Shown: positions 15,243 through 31,812 of the stretch, in pieces | Numbering within the stretch: the first letter of the stretch is position 1 | Layout of the letters: every line of letters starts with the position of its first letter | Assembly: GCF_009914755.1 (NCBI RefSeq) | Contig: NC_060941.1 | Source of the DNA: the human T2T-CHM13v2.0 reference genome, Homo sapiens | Strand: one strand, 5' to 3' | DNA length: 64,000 bases | The notes under the pieces: generated by a model | Databases searched by the model: none | What the model was told of the DNA's origin: nothing | The model's input: only the letters and a program-made list of their open reading frames with translations | Program-made: the position numbers and the translations under genes

Positions 15243-18200
15243 GTAAGTGTGCTTCACTTGCTCTTCCCTTTCCTTCTTACAGGGAAACTCCAGTTCCTTG
15301 GTTTCCAACACTCTTTGGATCCAAGTGAGAATTCTGTGCACACCCTGCCCTTGTGTGGCATGGCGCCTGCGCACTGCGTTTCGTGTGCCTGCGTTCTGCC
15401 TGCTGGCTATTGGTGGCTGTGTTGTCTTGACAGCGTCCGCATTATTGTGAGTCTTGCATTGGACAGTCCAACTTATTTTGCTTAAGTTTGTTCCAGATTT
15501 TTAGAAAAGAAAAAGTATTCTTTTCGCTCTTAACCATGGTTTTAATTTTTCTCAGGAAATGTATTTTCGATAATTTTTCTGCAACCTCAACTAGTTAACG
15601 CTATTCCGCGTGTCTTCAGTTTTCACATAGTTGAGAAAAAAACACCCAACAGTCAAAAGATAACACTTATTATATGCTTTGCCTTTGATTCAAAAGATAA
15701 GGTTCTTTTTAGGGAGCCAGTTACCAATTAGTGTGTGGGTTTTTTTTTTTTTTTTTTTGGCTTATATCTTACAGTTTTTTGTTTGTTTGTTTAAAGAAAA
15801 GTGGCTTAGAATATAACTGTGTCAAATTGCCTTTAAGATCTTAAGTTACTTGTAATCCACCCAAAGACCTTTAGCCTTTCTTATTAACTGGTTTGGAGAT
15901 TTAATAAATTTAATAAAAAACTAAGAATCTGGGCACTTATGGAAGTGCCCTATATTCAGCTTTGCATGATAGATGGACTCGAGTTACCTAAAGGAAATAA
16001 TGAAGAATGCAGGTTGAGAAGGTGCGCGTCTCCTGCAAGTTTTACTCTCCCCTTTTGGATGAAAGCCTCATGAAAACACATGATTTATGGAACCTTTTGA
16101 ACACTTATTTGGTTGGAATTTTGATTTGTGGATCATTTATCCACATGATGTGGGATTTAGAGATTCCTTATACATTATTTACATTCTTAGAGTAAGAGAA
16201 CAGCCAAAAATGAATTTTTTCCTGCCTTTAAAAATGCCCTTAGGTCATTTCTGCTGTTGCTTCCAGTCATGAGCTAATTGTTAGGAAGCATCTCTGTGTC
16301 TTAGGGTGTACCTTTGTGCTTGCATTGCCAACTTGTCAAGTCAATAACAGCAGACTTTTGTTCTTTAGAAGGCAGTGGCTTCATGGGTTCTTGACTGATG
16401 CCTAATGGCTTGACTTTTTCCTCTCTTAAATTGGTTGCCTCTTGATGGTTTGTGTACACATGCTGTAGCCTTTTTCTTGAGGGCGCAGTGCGTTTGGGGA
16501 TGGCATGAGGACTGGAGAGAGATTTGGATGGTGGAGTCCTGTAAAAATGTAGTTGAGATGCCTCGTGTTTTCCATAGATAATAGCTTCTTTGAAGACTTT
16601 GAAGGTACCCTAGGGTCTCAGCATGGTGAGACGGGCACTTGCAGGAGTGTGGGGCAGAGTGGCAGTATTAGAAGACATGGCCGTGTTGGCACATGGCATG
16701 TCGTTAACCAACACTATGGGAATTCAGAGGAATGCCTTTCTGGCTACTTCTGGCCATCTCCTGGGTTTGGCTTTGTACCTTTGCGTTTTACTAGATACCT
16801 TTGTTTAAAAAAGAATGTAACCCAATAAATTCAGATCTACCAATTGTGTTCTTTCTAGAATGAGTCTCTGCTATTAAAACTAGTTTCTTCTTTTCCAAGA
16901 ATTATTAGATAAGGAAATATAGCCTTTCAGAATACATGTGTTTAATATTTCAAGATATTGTATGTGTATTCCATTTGCTCTGATTTACAATTGTTTTTTT
17001 TGAGTGCTAAGAGTTGATTTACTGCTGGCTTTATTATTAGTTTCGCTTGGTAGATATCAGCTAGTTGATGCTAGCTGACAGGAAATGGAATCTTCTAAAG
17101 TGGCATCTGTTATTTTTAATCTAAATTTCTGTCTACGAGCAGATCTCTCCATGGCATTGAGAAGCGGCATCATGATGTAGGGAAGGTGACCTTTACATGT
17201 AGGTCAGTGATGACAGCCAGAAAGATGACAGTGTAGACTCAGTACAGGATGGAGGATTCCCTGCCCATGACAGTGGCACAGTTGTATTCGGACAGCGAGC
17301 ACAGGTGCAAAGGGGTGCAGTCCTCTGAATGATCTGTAGTCTGGGAAAATTTGTTAAAGTTGGCCAGATTTCAAGAATGGATGTGCAAAATAATTCTCTG
17401 AGTAAGAGATCGTTTGAAGGGCTGGTGAGATGGAGAATGTGTTAAGATTACAGGATGCTTCGGAAAAGGTACCAGCGCAGGCGGGATCCCATCTGGGCTG
17501 GTTTATAAAGTGGAATCTGGAATAAAGTATCCGCTGCAGCCTAGAAGGAAGCTGTTCTTGCACACAGAGTGGGATCTTTTGTCCCCATTCAGGAAGCAAA
17601 ACCACAACAATGGACACCTAATATTTGCTTTTCGAATGCCAACACCATTGCATTCATTTTTTAGTACAATAAAAATGTTTAAAAATTTCCTGCTACTATC
17701 CATGAGCGGGCCTCATCTATTTTAGAAATTAGCCTAAGGTAACGGATGTCACAGGATACCTCTGACCGGCTCCCAGGTGTGAGCGTGGGGCTGTGCCATA
17801 TGCACTGGGTAATAATAGCACTTGCCCCGGTGCGCGTGGCACACTGCTCCTCACAGCTTTCCGTGGGTTACAGGACAGAGGGAGGGAGGCCTGGCATAGA
17901 TAGCGTGGCTCTCAGTGTGGGGCAGACCTCATGCTGCCTTCTAGAGTTTGCATGAAACAGGAGGCACTTAGCAAACTCAGATGTTTGTGTGCAAGGGGCC
18001 TGGTTCCTGACTGTAAATCAGGGTCCTTTGAAACATTGCAAGGCTAAACACGCACCACTTGATTGCACTCTACAGGGCTCTTGAGTTTCTGCAGTAATAA
18101 AGAGAGGTTGATGTGCCATCTGCAATAAAACAATGGGGGCGTTATTAAATTTCCCAGACCTTCAGTGGAAAGACCCATATATCTGGTTTTCTCTTTCTCT

Positions 18201-20173
18201 GTGTCTTTATTGCAAGAGTGGAAAACCTTGGGTCATTTAATGAAAATGAGATTATTTTCATTAAAGTTTGTCGGAGTCGTTGCCTCCACGCTGGCATGGA
18301 TGGGAGCAGAGTAGGAAATGCCTGTTTTCTCAACGGTAGCGTCCATCCAGGAGGTGCAGAAAGCCAACCCCGGAACCCCCGTCGGCTGCACCAGAATGGT
18401 GTCTGGAAGCCTCTGATGATTTCCTTGCTGGTGCTGGAACGCTTGGACTTGTTCTTCATTTTTCTAGCTTTTGATATAGGTGATTCCAGTTCAAAAGGAA
18501 TTGAGAGAAACCATGGTGATTATATTTTTTTCTGAAGGCTGCCAGCCACTATCTGGCCCGTATTTCCTTGCTTAGGCCCATTGAGCCCTTTTCTAAATAA
18601 TTTATCAGTTTGCCACTGATGAAATGTTTCTTCTGATTAAATTTAAGGCTTTGCCTTATTACCTTGTAGGTGTATAAATTTGTGTTCTGCCAGAGATTGG
18701 AGGAAAATGCCGACCGTTGTTTCAGTGGAAAATTCTGCAGTAAAACCTCACTCATTCCATCATAAGTCTCAAATGAAAGTTTTATTGGGAAATGGGAGTA
18801 GGAGATTATTATAAAGCTGGGACCATACAGTGAAGAATTTATCTTTTTAGAGAATTTTTCTAACAAATTGGGGCTACTGGCAGTTTAGTACAGGATGGAA
18901 GTTAGGAGCTGGAGCCTGTGGAAAAAGACAAGCAGGAAGGGCCTCGCTCTCTGTGTCCTTCTTTCCCCAGAGAGAGTGGACAACACCAGAAGCAGAGGCC
19001 ACACCTCTTTACTTGGGGTGAGCTTTAATTCTTCTGGTGCCTTAAAAATAAGTTTCTATGGGAATATCTATCATTTACTAAGGAAGATGAAACAGCATGG
19101 CGGTGCCTCCACTGACCAAGTCTGTCCGTCGGGCAGGTGTGTCTAGGGGAGGAGGCGGAAGGCGCTCCTCAGTCATGGAGCCACGTTGTTGTAGGAGCTC
19201 ATTCTCATCTTGTCCAGGTCTGCGAGTAGTGAAGGCAGCAAGTCCTGTGTGGCGGCCGTGGGGCTTCCAGGGAGCTGAGCGGTCAGGTTGAGTCAGTTTC
19301 CATGTGGTGGACAGTTCTTACTTATCCATGCACAGCCCTGGTTTGTGGATTACAGTGAACAGATTTTGAATGTCAGCTTCCCTTCAGTTCACCGTGCTTC
19401 TCAGATGTGTCACAGTTAATTTGTGGTTAAGGGATGAAAGTTGGTTTTGCCATTAGATAAACATGTTTTTTATAGTGCCTAACCCCAAGCAGAGTATGTT
19501 CAAGGAGAGAACAAAACAGCTCCCAAGATCTGGTCCATTAGCCCAGTAGAAATTGTTATTGCATTTTAATGTAAATGACAGTCATCCTTTCGTGGTATTG
19601 ATAATAGAGTTGTTTGTGTGCTTTTATGAGATGCTTTGAATGAACCGAAGCTGATGACTATACCTCCTGTTGGGAGGAGGGGGTTTGGGGAGCAAGGGGG
19701 TTGAGAAGGCCAGTGGTGGGCAGTTTTGGTTCTACTTAACAGGTGTGTCTTTTGGATTTTAGGCACAAGTGTTATTTGCAGAACTGAATGTTTATGTGTA
19801 ATTCCATGTTGTTTAGGGGTTTGGAGTGAGGATAATTGGAATCCAGGCATCTTCTCCTTGTCCCTGAATGGGGCTGCTGCTTGACCTGTCCACCTCACAG
19901 GGAGTGTCATGTGGCCATGTGTGACAAACTGTGAAACCCTTGGTATTGAGTGCTCACACTGCTAGGTGTGGTGGGAGGCGCCTAGTCAGGCAGCCGGGTT
20001 GGCTTTGGGGAGCACTGCATGGATGGCTTCTAAGATCCACTTGTCTTCTTTCCCCTGGGATGATTAGACAGGCCTCTGCTTTGTGGGCAAAGCAATTGGT
20101 ATCAGCACAAGTCACTCGCTTCCTTGTGCCCCCCACCCCCAAATGTTTTGGAATGAATTTTATAGATGGATGC

Positions 20174-20511
20174 TGATATGGCTTGGCTGTGTCCCCACCC
20201 AGATCTCATCTTGAATTGTCACTCCCACAATTCCCACGTGCCATAGGGGGAACCCAGTGGGAGGTAATCGAATCATAGGGGCGGGTCTTTCCTGTGCTGT
20301 TGTCCGTAGTGAACAAGTCTCACGTCCCTGCACGAGCTCTCTCTTGCCTGCCACCATCCATGTAAGATGTGACTTGCGCCTCCTTACCTTCCGCCATGAT
20401 TGTGAGACCTTCACAGCCATGTGGAACTATAAGTCTATTAAACCTCTTTCTTTTGTAAATTGCCCAGTCTTGGTTATGTCTTTATCAGCAGCATGAAAAT
20501 GGGCTAATACA
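20174..20511 (+). mobile_element. THE1-family solo LTR (MaLR)
   Basis: tgatatggcttggctgtgtccccaccc ... gaaaatgggctaataca with TG...CA ends; 5-bp TSD GATGC at 20169-20173 and 20512-20516. Confidence 0.92.
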
Positions 20512-21959
20512 GATGCAGTCAAGACGCATAAATCAGTGGGTTCTACCTTTTCTTAGGATTTTCAGGCTCAGATATGGATAATCGGGGAAGAAGCAGCTAA
20601 GTTGCCCTAGGACAGTACTCCACACCTGGAGGTGCTCCAAAGCTATTCATGGAACAGCCCAAGGTGGACCGTTACTCGCTGTGACTCCTGCTTGGGGCAT
20701 TCACGTTGCGACATTAGTTCCAAATTGACAGTCCAGTTCAGCTGGTGAAAATGGCCCTATAATTGCGATTGGCAGCATCCCTTGGCGTGCGGCCCTGATG
20801 CCATTACCATTCCATCATCCATCCCGTCTTGCTGTCTGCCCTGCCGCCAGCCCTCCCTCCTCCTGCCCAAACTCATCTGACTTTCTTCTCTGTGGGTCCT
20901 AAGGTTGGGCTTCATCCACCTTGAGTTTCTGTGACAAGCTGCCAGTGAGGACTCATGGGCAAAGGCAGAACTGTGGGTGGATGGCTCACAGCTTGCATAA
21001 TTCAGTACCTGGTGTGAAGCACTTTGCCTGTGTACTCATTAAATTTGCAGGACGGTACAGACAATATCTTCTGGTGGTCTTGGGGTTAACTGTGGTGCTT
21101 TGACAGTTTCACTTAACTGCTTACTGCCCAGAAAGTTAAGAACTGTTCCTATGATCAATGTTTTTACTTATATTTTTGCCTTGGCCTCAGCAGTGCTCTC
21201 CCACTTCGTCTTCCCTCCTTTCTAGTGCTTCTCGCCTGAAAGCTTTTCCACGTGCGTGCCGTGTTCAGTGAGAACTCTGATTCATGCTCTTCAGCCAGAA
21301 GCCTTCGTAGTCAGCCCTGCCCACGCACTTCCTGCCTTGCCCTGTCCCCAGAGGCCATGGTATTGGAAGCAGCTTCCTGGAAGCAAGCTTAGATTATGCG
21401 AAGCAGTTTATTCCGGACTCTTTAGACCAATTGCACCAGAGCATAAAGGTGTTGTCACCTACTGCTATCCCTCCGAATACCTTAGTGACATGACCTATAA
21501 ATTCTTTTAGGCACACCAAAGACATTACAGAAAGAAGAATGAAAGAAAGGCATGGTTCTGCAGCCTCCTGGAGGATGGCAGCCTGTTGTGACTAGACTCC
21601 TCAGGGTTTCAGTCCATTAGAGCTGGTCCCAGAGGGGACCCCTGCTGGCCAGCCCTGTGTTGGACTCTTGCTCTCCGAGGCCACCTAGGGGATTCACTAG
21701 AGAGCCCATTTGGGATTGAAGAGCACGCGTGTTGACTAGAGTGGGTTGCAGCATGGGCCGCAGCCTGTTTAAACACTGCCTAGGGAAGATTGGTGGAGTC
21801 CGCCTCCTCCCTTCTGCCTCGTAGGTCCGCAGAGTCGTGCTGGGCTCACCGCTCCTTCCCTTTCTGGGCGGGAGCGCCCCTCTCACTGGTAGGGGAGCTC
21901 CCTGGGAAATGTGGTCTCCTTTCTACCAGTGCACTGAGGGGTGGGGTGGGGAGAGCTTA

Positions 21960-22110
21960 ACTGTGGAAAGAATGCGAACTGGTTTAGTTCTGGCTTTGCC
22001 ACTTCTTAGAAATGTAACTCTGGACAAATTACTATTTAAACTTTTAAAATTTGTACATGCAAATGAGAGTTAATGGACAGAATAAAAGTATATAAAGCAT
22101 TTGCACCAGG
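21960..22110. mobile_element. MIR fragment
   Basis: ctggctttgccactt...tgtaactctggacaaattact...tataaagcattt. Confidence 0.55.
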
Positions 22111-23030
22111 GAGGCCATGGTGGTTGGTCATCAGATCCTTACTTCCCATCCCTTTCTGTCCCTTATCCCTTCCTCTCCCTCATGGTTGAGGTGGTGGAGG
22201 CCCCTCCCAGAACATTCTGCCCAGGAGTCTTGCTGCCTTAAGCCCCTCCCCATCCTGCCTTATCTCTGGTTTTATCCTCTTGCGGGGATAACTGCATTCC
22301 TGACTCTTCCTCTATTAATTGACCTACTTGAAGTGTAATACTTTTAGAGAGAAGTAGGGGCTTAACTCTGTCCTTAACAGGCCTCTCGAGGATATTATCT
22401 CTCATCATCATGTTCCCTTTAACAAGGGAGTTGTCTGTGTGTATGACAAATTGCAAATGAGGACCCCCCACCGTCAGGCTGGGGACTAAAACTGTAGCTC
22501 AGCTGTTGTCGTTTCACAGATCTCACGTGCCATGTGTGTTTCCTGAGTTAACTTGGGGACCGTGATACAGAGCGATGCGGAGATGGCTCTGAAGGACAGG
22601 CAGGTGCCAGGCGAGGGATGGAAGTGCTGCTTCTAAGTCAGAAAGTGGAAGGTGTGATGTGTTAAAGAATGGAAAGCTAAATTTGGAGGTGACGATGAGG
22701 AACCCACCGTATGCTCGCCATATGCAACTAGGAAGAGTTGTAAAATCCTGCTCCAGCCAAATTGGAAAGTGCTGATCAAGGGGGAAACGATCAATAACAG
22801 ATTGGAGGGGGACGGCCACTTCAAAGTGTCTGCGGTACTTGATTTCATTTTGCAGGGGAAACCATATGTCACAGTGGTGTTCATGAATTTGGGTGTTCAC
22901 AAGGGCTTCTGTACAGCTCCCTCCCAAATGTCCGCGATTTACTTGTTGGTATGACACATAATGGAGATTTTTTTAAAATGGACATACGAAGCACATAACG
23001 TCAAGTTCACCATTTTAAAGTGTACAACTT

Positions 23031-23685
<655 letters not shown>

Positions 23686-24706
23686 CTAGTTCCAGAACAC
23701 TTTTCTTACCCCAAAGGGAAACCCAAAGCCCATCGGCAGTCATTTCTCCTCCCCCAGGCCCAGGCAGTCACCAGCCTGCCTTCTGTCTCTGGAGATGCCT
23801 GTTCTAGGTACTCCACACAAATGGAGCCATACAGTATGTGGCCTTTTGCGTCTGGGCTCTTTCCTTAGCATCTGGAATGTTTTCAAGATTCCTCCATGCT
23901 ATTGCATGTATCAGTAATTTAATCCTTCTTGTGTGTGCATGTGTAGAGATAGGGTCTCGCTTTATTGCTCAGGCTGGTCTTGAACCCCTGGCTTCAAGTG
24001 ATCATCCTGCTTCAGCCTCAACTCTTTCTATAGCTGAAAAACATTCCATTGTATGGCTAGTCTACATTTCTATTTTATGGGTTCATCTGTTGATGGACAC
24101 TTTCATGGTTTCCACCTTTTAGCTATTTGAATAATGCCGCTATGAATATGTGCATGCTAGTGTTTGTGTGGGCCCCTGCCCACTAGTGGGGTTGCTGGGT
24201 CATATGGTGACCCTGTATTTTACCTCCCTGAGGCACTCCCAATCTATTTTCCACAGTGGCTGTACTATTTGTCCATGTCTACTAGCAGTGTATGAGGGCT
24301 CCAGTCTCTCCACATCCTGGCCAACATTTGTCACTTTCTGTATTCTTACATTGTTATTATTATGATAGTCCTAGTGGGTATGAAGTGGAATCTCATCGTG
24401 GTTTTGGTTTTCATTTCCCTGATGATTAGTGATGTTGCCATCTTTTCATGTGCTTATTGGCCATTTGGAGGAGTCTCTATTCAAGTCCTTTGTCCATTTT
24501 TTAGTTGGGTTGTTTGTCTTTATTGTTGAGTTCTATGAGTTCAAAATGGAGACTTTTAAGTTGAATAAGGTATAATTTCTGTTGTGAGGACTTGTTTCCT
24601 TTCCAAATAATATGTGTGGTGTCTGCTGAGAGCCTCATGGTAACATTTAATTCTTAAAAGAGCCTTTGTCTTGATAGATTGGTTTCATAAAACTATTAAG
24701 AGGTTC

Positions 24707-24825
24707 AGCCAGGCACCGTGGCTCATGCCCGTGGGAGGCCAAGACAGGAGGATCCTTTGAGCTCAGGAGTTGGAGACCAGCCTGGGCAACATAGTGAGAC
24801 CTTGTCTCTAATTAAAAAAAGAAAA
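24707..24825 (+). mobile_element. Alu monomer (FLAM-like)
   Basis: gccaggcaccgtggctcatgcc...ccagcctgggcaacatagtgagacc plus A tail. Confidence 0.8.
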
Positions 24826-26199
24826 GAGGTTCTTTGACTATTGACTATACTGATCATATATATACTGTATAATTTAATACCAATCCCTTAAGATTCCTGT
24901 GTGTTTTTGTTAGGAGTCTTTTGGTTTTCTTAGAGCTGTGGTCTCTCCACCTGGAGTGTATGTCGGGAGAAAGCTCCTGTCGGGGTGAGTGCAGGCAGAG
25001 TGGCCGAGGAGCTGGGCCTCTGTGAAGTCTGGGTGCAGCTTGGAGGCTCATAGTGGACTGGGAGCTTGGCAGGAGGGGCGGTGCATGTCCACACCAGTGC
25101 CCGGTCTCCGCCGTGCTGCGGCCCTGTGGGTCTCTGCTCCCCACTCAGCAGTTACGCTGCAGGACGTTCCTTCCCCTCCCTGTGTGTGAGGGCTGGGTCC
25201 TTCCTTTCTGATGTAGTCATCTTTGATGGGACTCCATCTGCTTGGGCCCAGGGGTCCCCACAGGAGCCAGCTGTGTTCACATCCTAGTGGTCCCTGGTCC
25301 TAAACCACCTCCTGACTTTCCTCTGTTGCTTCAGCTTCAGCTCTCTGCCCACTGCATTGTGTCGCTGGATTTTCAAGATTAAATTCCCCCCACAAGAGTG
25401 TTTGATGCTTCCCTGGATGGCCAGGCTGTACGGCCAGTGTTAAAAGACAGACAAGTGCCACCCAGGGGCAAGGGAGTGTGTGGTTCAAAGTCCCTGAGAA
25501 CAGATGCCAGATGCCAGGCTCAGGTGGTGCCGTTTACTTCCAGCAAGAGGAGAGAGAGGGTGCACTTGATCCAGTGCCGGGTGATGGTGGCCCCTAGGCC
25601 AGGGGGTCGCACCCTCACTTTGGGCTACAGTAGAAGGAGATTCCCCCACCCCGTGGGGTCTTAAACACAGAAAACTGGGGGCATGCCTGAGGGCCACTGA
25701 TGCAGGTGCTAAGGCACAACAGAGGAGCCATGGAGGCAGAAATCGGGAAAGACCCCTCCCAGGTGAGGGCTGCACGGGCTGTGGTGAGGGTGCTCCCCTC
25801 GGTGGGCTCTCGGCCCAGCACGTGGAAGACGGCGCAGTCCACTGCCTTCCCAACCCAGAGAGGCCGATCAGCTCCGCTTAGCTTCATGTGGTCCTCCGTG
25901 TAACTGGCCCATCTGTGGGTTGGTTCTGAGGGAGTGAGGCTGCCCTCTAGAATCACCTGTGACTGGAGGGCTGGGTGGCAGGATTTAAAGCGCATAGCAG
26001 AACCGGGAGGATTACCCATGGCTTGTATAAGGAAGAGTCTCTTCTAAAGGGTTGCATGTGTGGCAGGCTCCTTAATCAACATGCTGCTTACCCCGGACTG
26101 GAACATGCCCTGAAGTCAAGTCATTTTTGTGTAGAATTTTTAATTATAAGTTTTATTTTTATAAACAAAAATCTTAGCTGAAGTCCAATAAAATCCAAG

Positions 26200-26420
26200 A
26201 AGAAGGCACAGATAATCAGGGAGAAGTAACTCAAGATTTGAGGAAATCAAGAGTCATAAAAGAGTGCTTTGCAAAACTTTGCAGATAAATTGGAAAACTT
26301 GTATGCGATGCATAATTTTCTAGGAAAATATAAATGACCATAATTGACCTCAGAAAAGATAGTAAAGAAAAATAAATGGATAAACATAGAAGAAAGAGAA
26401 AGTTACCAAACCATTCCTCT
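26200..26420 (+). mobile_element. Degenerate L1 ORF2 fragment
   Basis: gataaattggaaaacttgtatgcgatgcataattttctaggaaaatataaatgacc resembles the L1 ORF2 NKLENLDEMDKFL region. Confidence 0.6.
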
Positions 26421-26531
26421 TCTAATCCTCCTCCCTCTGAAGGATTTCAAACTTGAAAAGAACACAAAATTATTGAAGACTTCTTTCTGTTGTAGGAAGA
26501 TCTCTAAAACATAGTTTCTTTATCTATTAAT

Positions 26532-27168
<637 letters not shown>

Positions 27169-27506
27169 TTAAAATACGTCAAATTTAAAATGCAAAAGAA
27201 GAAAGTGTATTCAACAGGTTTAGTGTATGCACATATGACTGATGGAGTCAGCCGTTCCTGCTTGTCATATGTAATGTGTGTAGCTGGGTGTGGCATATGT
27301 GTACATGGGTGGGTAGATCCCTAGATAGATGGAGGGCAAGTCGGTGGATCTGCCCCTCCTCCACTCACTCAGATGCCTTAGAGTGAACACGGAAGGGAGA
27401 CATCAGCCTGTGGCCTCCTTAGTCGTTCTCATTTTCCTTCGCCTCTTGGTGTCTTGCTGTGTTGACTGATTCTAGTTTTGAAAGCAGCATATTGGGTCAA
27501 AATACA

Positions 27507-27798
27507 TTTTTTTTTCTTTGAGACAGAGTCTTGCTCTGTCACCCAGGCTGGGGTGCAGTAGCGCAATCTCGGCTCACCGCAACCTCTGCCTCCCAGGTTG
27601 AAGCGATTCTCCTGTCTCAGCCTCCCGAGTAGCTGAGATTACAGGCATGTGCCACCACACCCGGCTAATTTTTGTATTTTTAGCAGAGATGGAGTTTCAC
27701 CATGTTGGTCAGGCTGGTCTCAAACTCCTTGTAGGTGAGCCACCCGCCTTGGCCTCCCAAAGTGCTGGGATTACAGGTGTGAGTCAACACGCCCGGCC
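27507..27798 (-). mobile_element. AluS
   Basis: Full antisense Alu flanked by aatacatttt repeats (TSD). Confidence 0.92.
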
Positions 27799-29174
27799 TC
27801 AGAATACATTTTAAATCAGGTCTGTACTGACTTCAGAATCTAACTCCAGAATAAAATTTGATTCTAAGGGGCAACAGTACCACAAATGAGGCGAAGCACA
27901 GAACATCTGTCACCGTGACTTGGGGCAGATGCAGAATGGGACTTTCACCTTTTTACACAAAACCCTTCTATGTGCCTTCTGTTTTAAAACCATGATTTTT
28001 TTTACTTTAATAATAGGCAACTAATTTAAAATACCTATTCACCATGTGTCATCTCAGAGTAGGAAGGGGACTGTGAGGCAGACGGAGCCACTTGGGACTT
28101 TTGCCTTTGGGTTGTGACATTTGTCTGTAGGTTCTTTCACTTCTGTCCATCTCATTTGTTTCTGTGCCATGCGTGTGACATGATGAGCTGGAAAGACTTT
28201 GCATGGGGCCCACGTGAGTGCTCACATCGAAGGGGCAAGTGTTAATCACCCTCTAGTTGACAGAGCTGTTTCAGGGATGGCTAGTTCCTCTGTCCGGAAC
28301 ACTTGTATTGAGTGGCAGGGAGCCGCGGGGACACTGCCCATAGCGGTGGGAGAGCAAGCAGGAGGGGCTCTGCCCAGGGCTGTTTCCTTTGCCTTTGTTT
28401 ACCAGCATAAAGTATTAAAACAGCTAAATTATCATGGGCATTTTAATCCAATTTCTCAGCGTTTCGTCATTTGAAGAATAGAAGTCTCTTTGTTTTCACA
28501 GCCCTGTTCTTGCTTGTTTAAATTTGAATATATTTCTATTCATTCAGCTGATAGAAATTCTTTACTTTTAAACTGAGGGAGAAAAAAGAACAGATTGACT
28601 AGGGATCAGAATGTGATTTCAGTGGGTCTTTATTGGGCCCTTGTTAGGGAGGGGTTTGGACCTGGGGACTTGGAGTCTACACTGATGGCAGAAGCAAGCT
28701 CCAGAAAAGAGCAGGCTCCAGCTTTGCAAGGTAAACCTTGGAGAGTGTAGTTAGGGTGACAGCCAGCACCTCTCCCTGCTGAGTGGAGAGGGAATCCAGA
28801 TTTTTAGGATCTTATAACCTGATATTTTTCATGCCTTTGACTCCTGTCTTGGTCTGTTAGGTCTTGGCTTTTGATAGCCAAAGTAACCAGCTGACTTTCC
28901 TTCTTTTTTTTTGAAATCTCCTTTACTTTTTCACAAGGCTGTTTCTCAGTGTGAATATGTTGCTTTCATATTCCCAGAGCACTCACTGAATGCATAAAGG
29001 CTAAGCAATGCAGCAGTGATACTACTAACCAGCTCTTAGTTTACTGGGTGACCTTTGGCTGGTTCTGTCGAGTGGCCACTCTACCTCCAGTTTGCCCTGT
29101 CTGGAGATGCAGCCAGGACTGTAGATTCCCAGGGGAGGGCTGACTTACTGGGGCATTTATTTACTGGATAGGGG

Positions 29175-30345
29175 AGTTTTTAATCTTTTAGTTGGAATAT
29201 TTAGTCCATTTACATTTAATGTAGTTATTGATACACTGTGTATCTGGGGTTAAATCCACCACCCTCCTATTTATTTTAGTTTTGTCTCACCTGTTCTTTA
29301 TTTTTTCTCTTTTCTTGATTTCTTTTGCATTAAGCAGTTTAAAAAATTATTCCATTTTCTCCTTCTATTAGTGATGTATCAGAGAATACATAAGCTACAT
29401 ATTTGTTTCGTGGTAACCCTAATAAATTACTACATACCCTTACTGTGAGAAGTGTTGAAGTTAGCACTTGCACCACTTGGCCAGACAGTGCAAGAATCTT
29501 GATGCATTTAACCCTCCTACCCACCCCCCTTTACTTTGCATGGTGTCAACATCATGGGGTTGGAGTTTCTATGTGGATTTTAAACCCCACAGTATACAGT
29601 CAATATTTATTTAGATTTATCTGCTTCTTTACACTTATTAATGTTCTTTATTCTTTCCTGCATTTCTGTCCTTCTGTTCAGGGTCATGTTTCTTCAACCT
29701 GAAAAACATCCTTTAATATTTCTTTTAGGGTGAGGCTGCCAACAACAATTTAGTTTCTGCATATTTTACCTCTATTTCATTTTTGAAGGATATTTTTGCT
29801 GTGTGTAGAATTCTATGTCAACTTTTTTTTAAGTTTAAAGGTGTTTTTCCCTTCATCTCCTTTCTGTTAAAACGTCACACTGACTGTAAGTCTTAATATT
29901 GGTGCTTTGAAAGTTCCCTCCCCGCACCCCCCTGTCCAGCTGATTTGGTTTGTATTACTTTACGGAGATGTTCTTAGCTGTGGACTACTTCATATGTATC
30001 CTTTTTGGTGCTCCTTGAACCTGTGGCTTGATGTTTCTAAGTACTATCACTTAAGACACTGGTTCTCTGCCATTCTGTCTCCCCTGCTGACGCTCATTGG
30101 AATAGGTTAGACCTTTTCACCATGTCCTGTACATTTCTCATGTTCTGTTCCGAGTTTTTTTCTTGCTGTAGGTCACTGATCCTCTCCTTTGCTGTGGGGC
30201 ACAGTCTGCTGTTTAGCCAACCTACCAAATTCTTGATTCCATTGTATTTTTCTATTCTGTGATTTCCATTCGATTCTTTATCAATTCCAGTTCTCTGGTG
30301 AAAATTTTCACCTTGTTATCTCTTTTCTTGTACACATCAGCTTTC
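29175..30345 (-). mobile_element. Old L1 (L1ME-like) fragment
   Basis: tatttagtccatttacatttaatgtagttattgata...catttttgaaggatatttttgctg...tagaattcta, typical antisense L1M motifs. Confidence 0.7.
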
Positions 30346-30768
30346 AGTTCTAGCCCTCCTTACATCAACATCTTTGAAATGGGGGGTGTGTGTTGCCATC
30401 AGTCTGACTGCTGCTGATGGCCTGGACTCAGCTGTTGCTGTCAGCACAGTGTGGACTTGAGGGCATGACTAGACAGAGGCCAGTATTTGTGCCGAGAGCC
30501 ACAGGGCTCACCCGTGGAGGGAATCTGAGTCCCGATTGTGGAATGGTGGTGGCAGCATCACGTCCTGCAGGCTGGAGCCCATGAGTGGTCCCCGAGAGAT
30601 TGCCTCCGAGCGCTGTTAGGAGAGGGAAGAGCTGCACTCATGCACACAGGGTGACCCTGGGTGAAATGTAGGCTCCATGGCTCCGAGGGGGAAGTGGGCT
30701 CAGAAGAGTGGGCTTCTGATCTGAATCCAAGAAGGGTTAGGAATACCTTAGCCAGTTTCTGTGGCTGC

Positions 30769-31812
<1,044 letters not shown>

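Noticed and set aside
15090-15485. 131-aa ORF as a full protein
   Set aside because: Only 15160-15242 matches Raptor; the rest is intron read-through beyond canonical splice sites.
21634-21651. CTCF-like site (minus strand TGGCCAGCAGGGGTCC)
   Set aside because: It has a mismatch in the core GGC and no other support.
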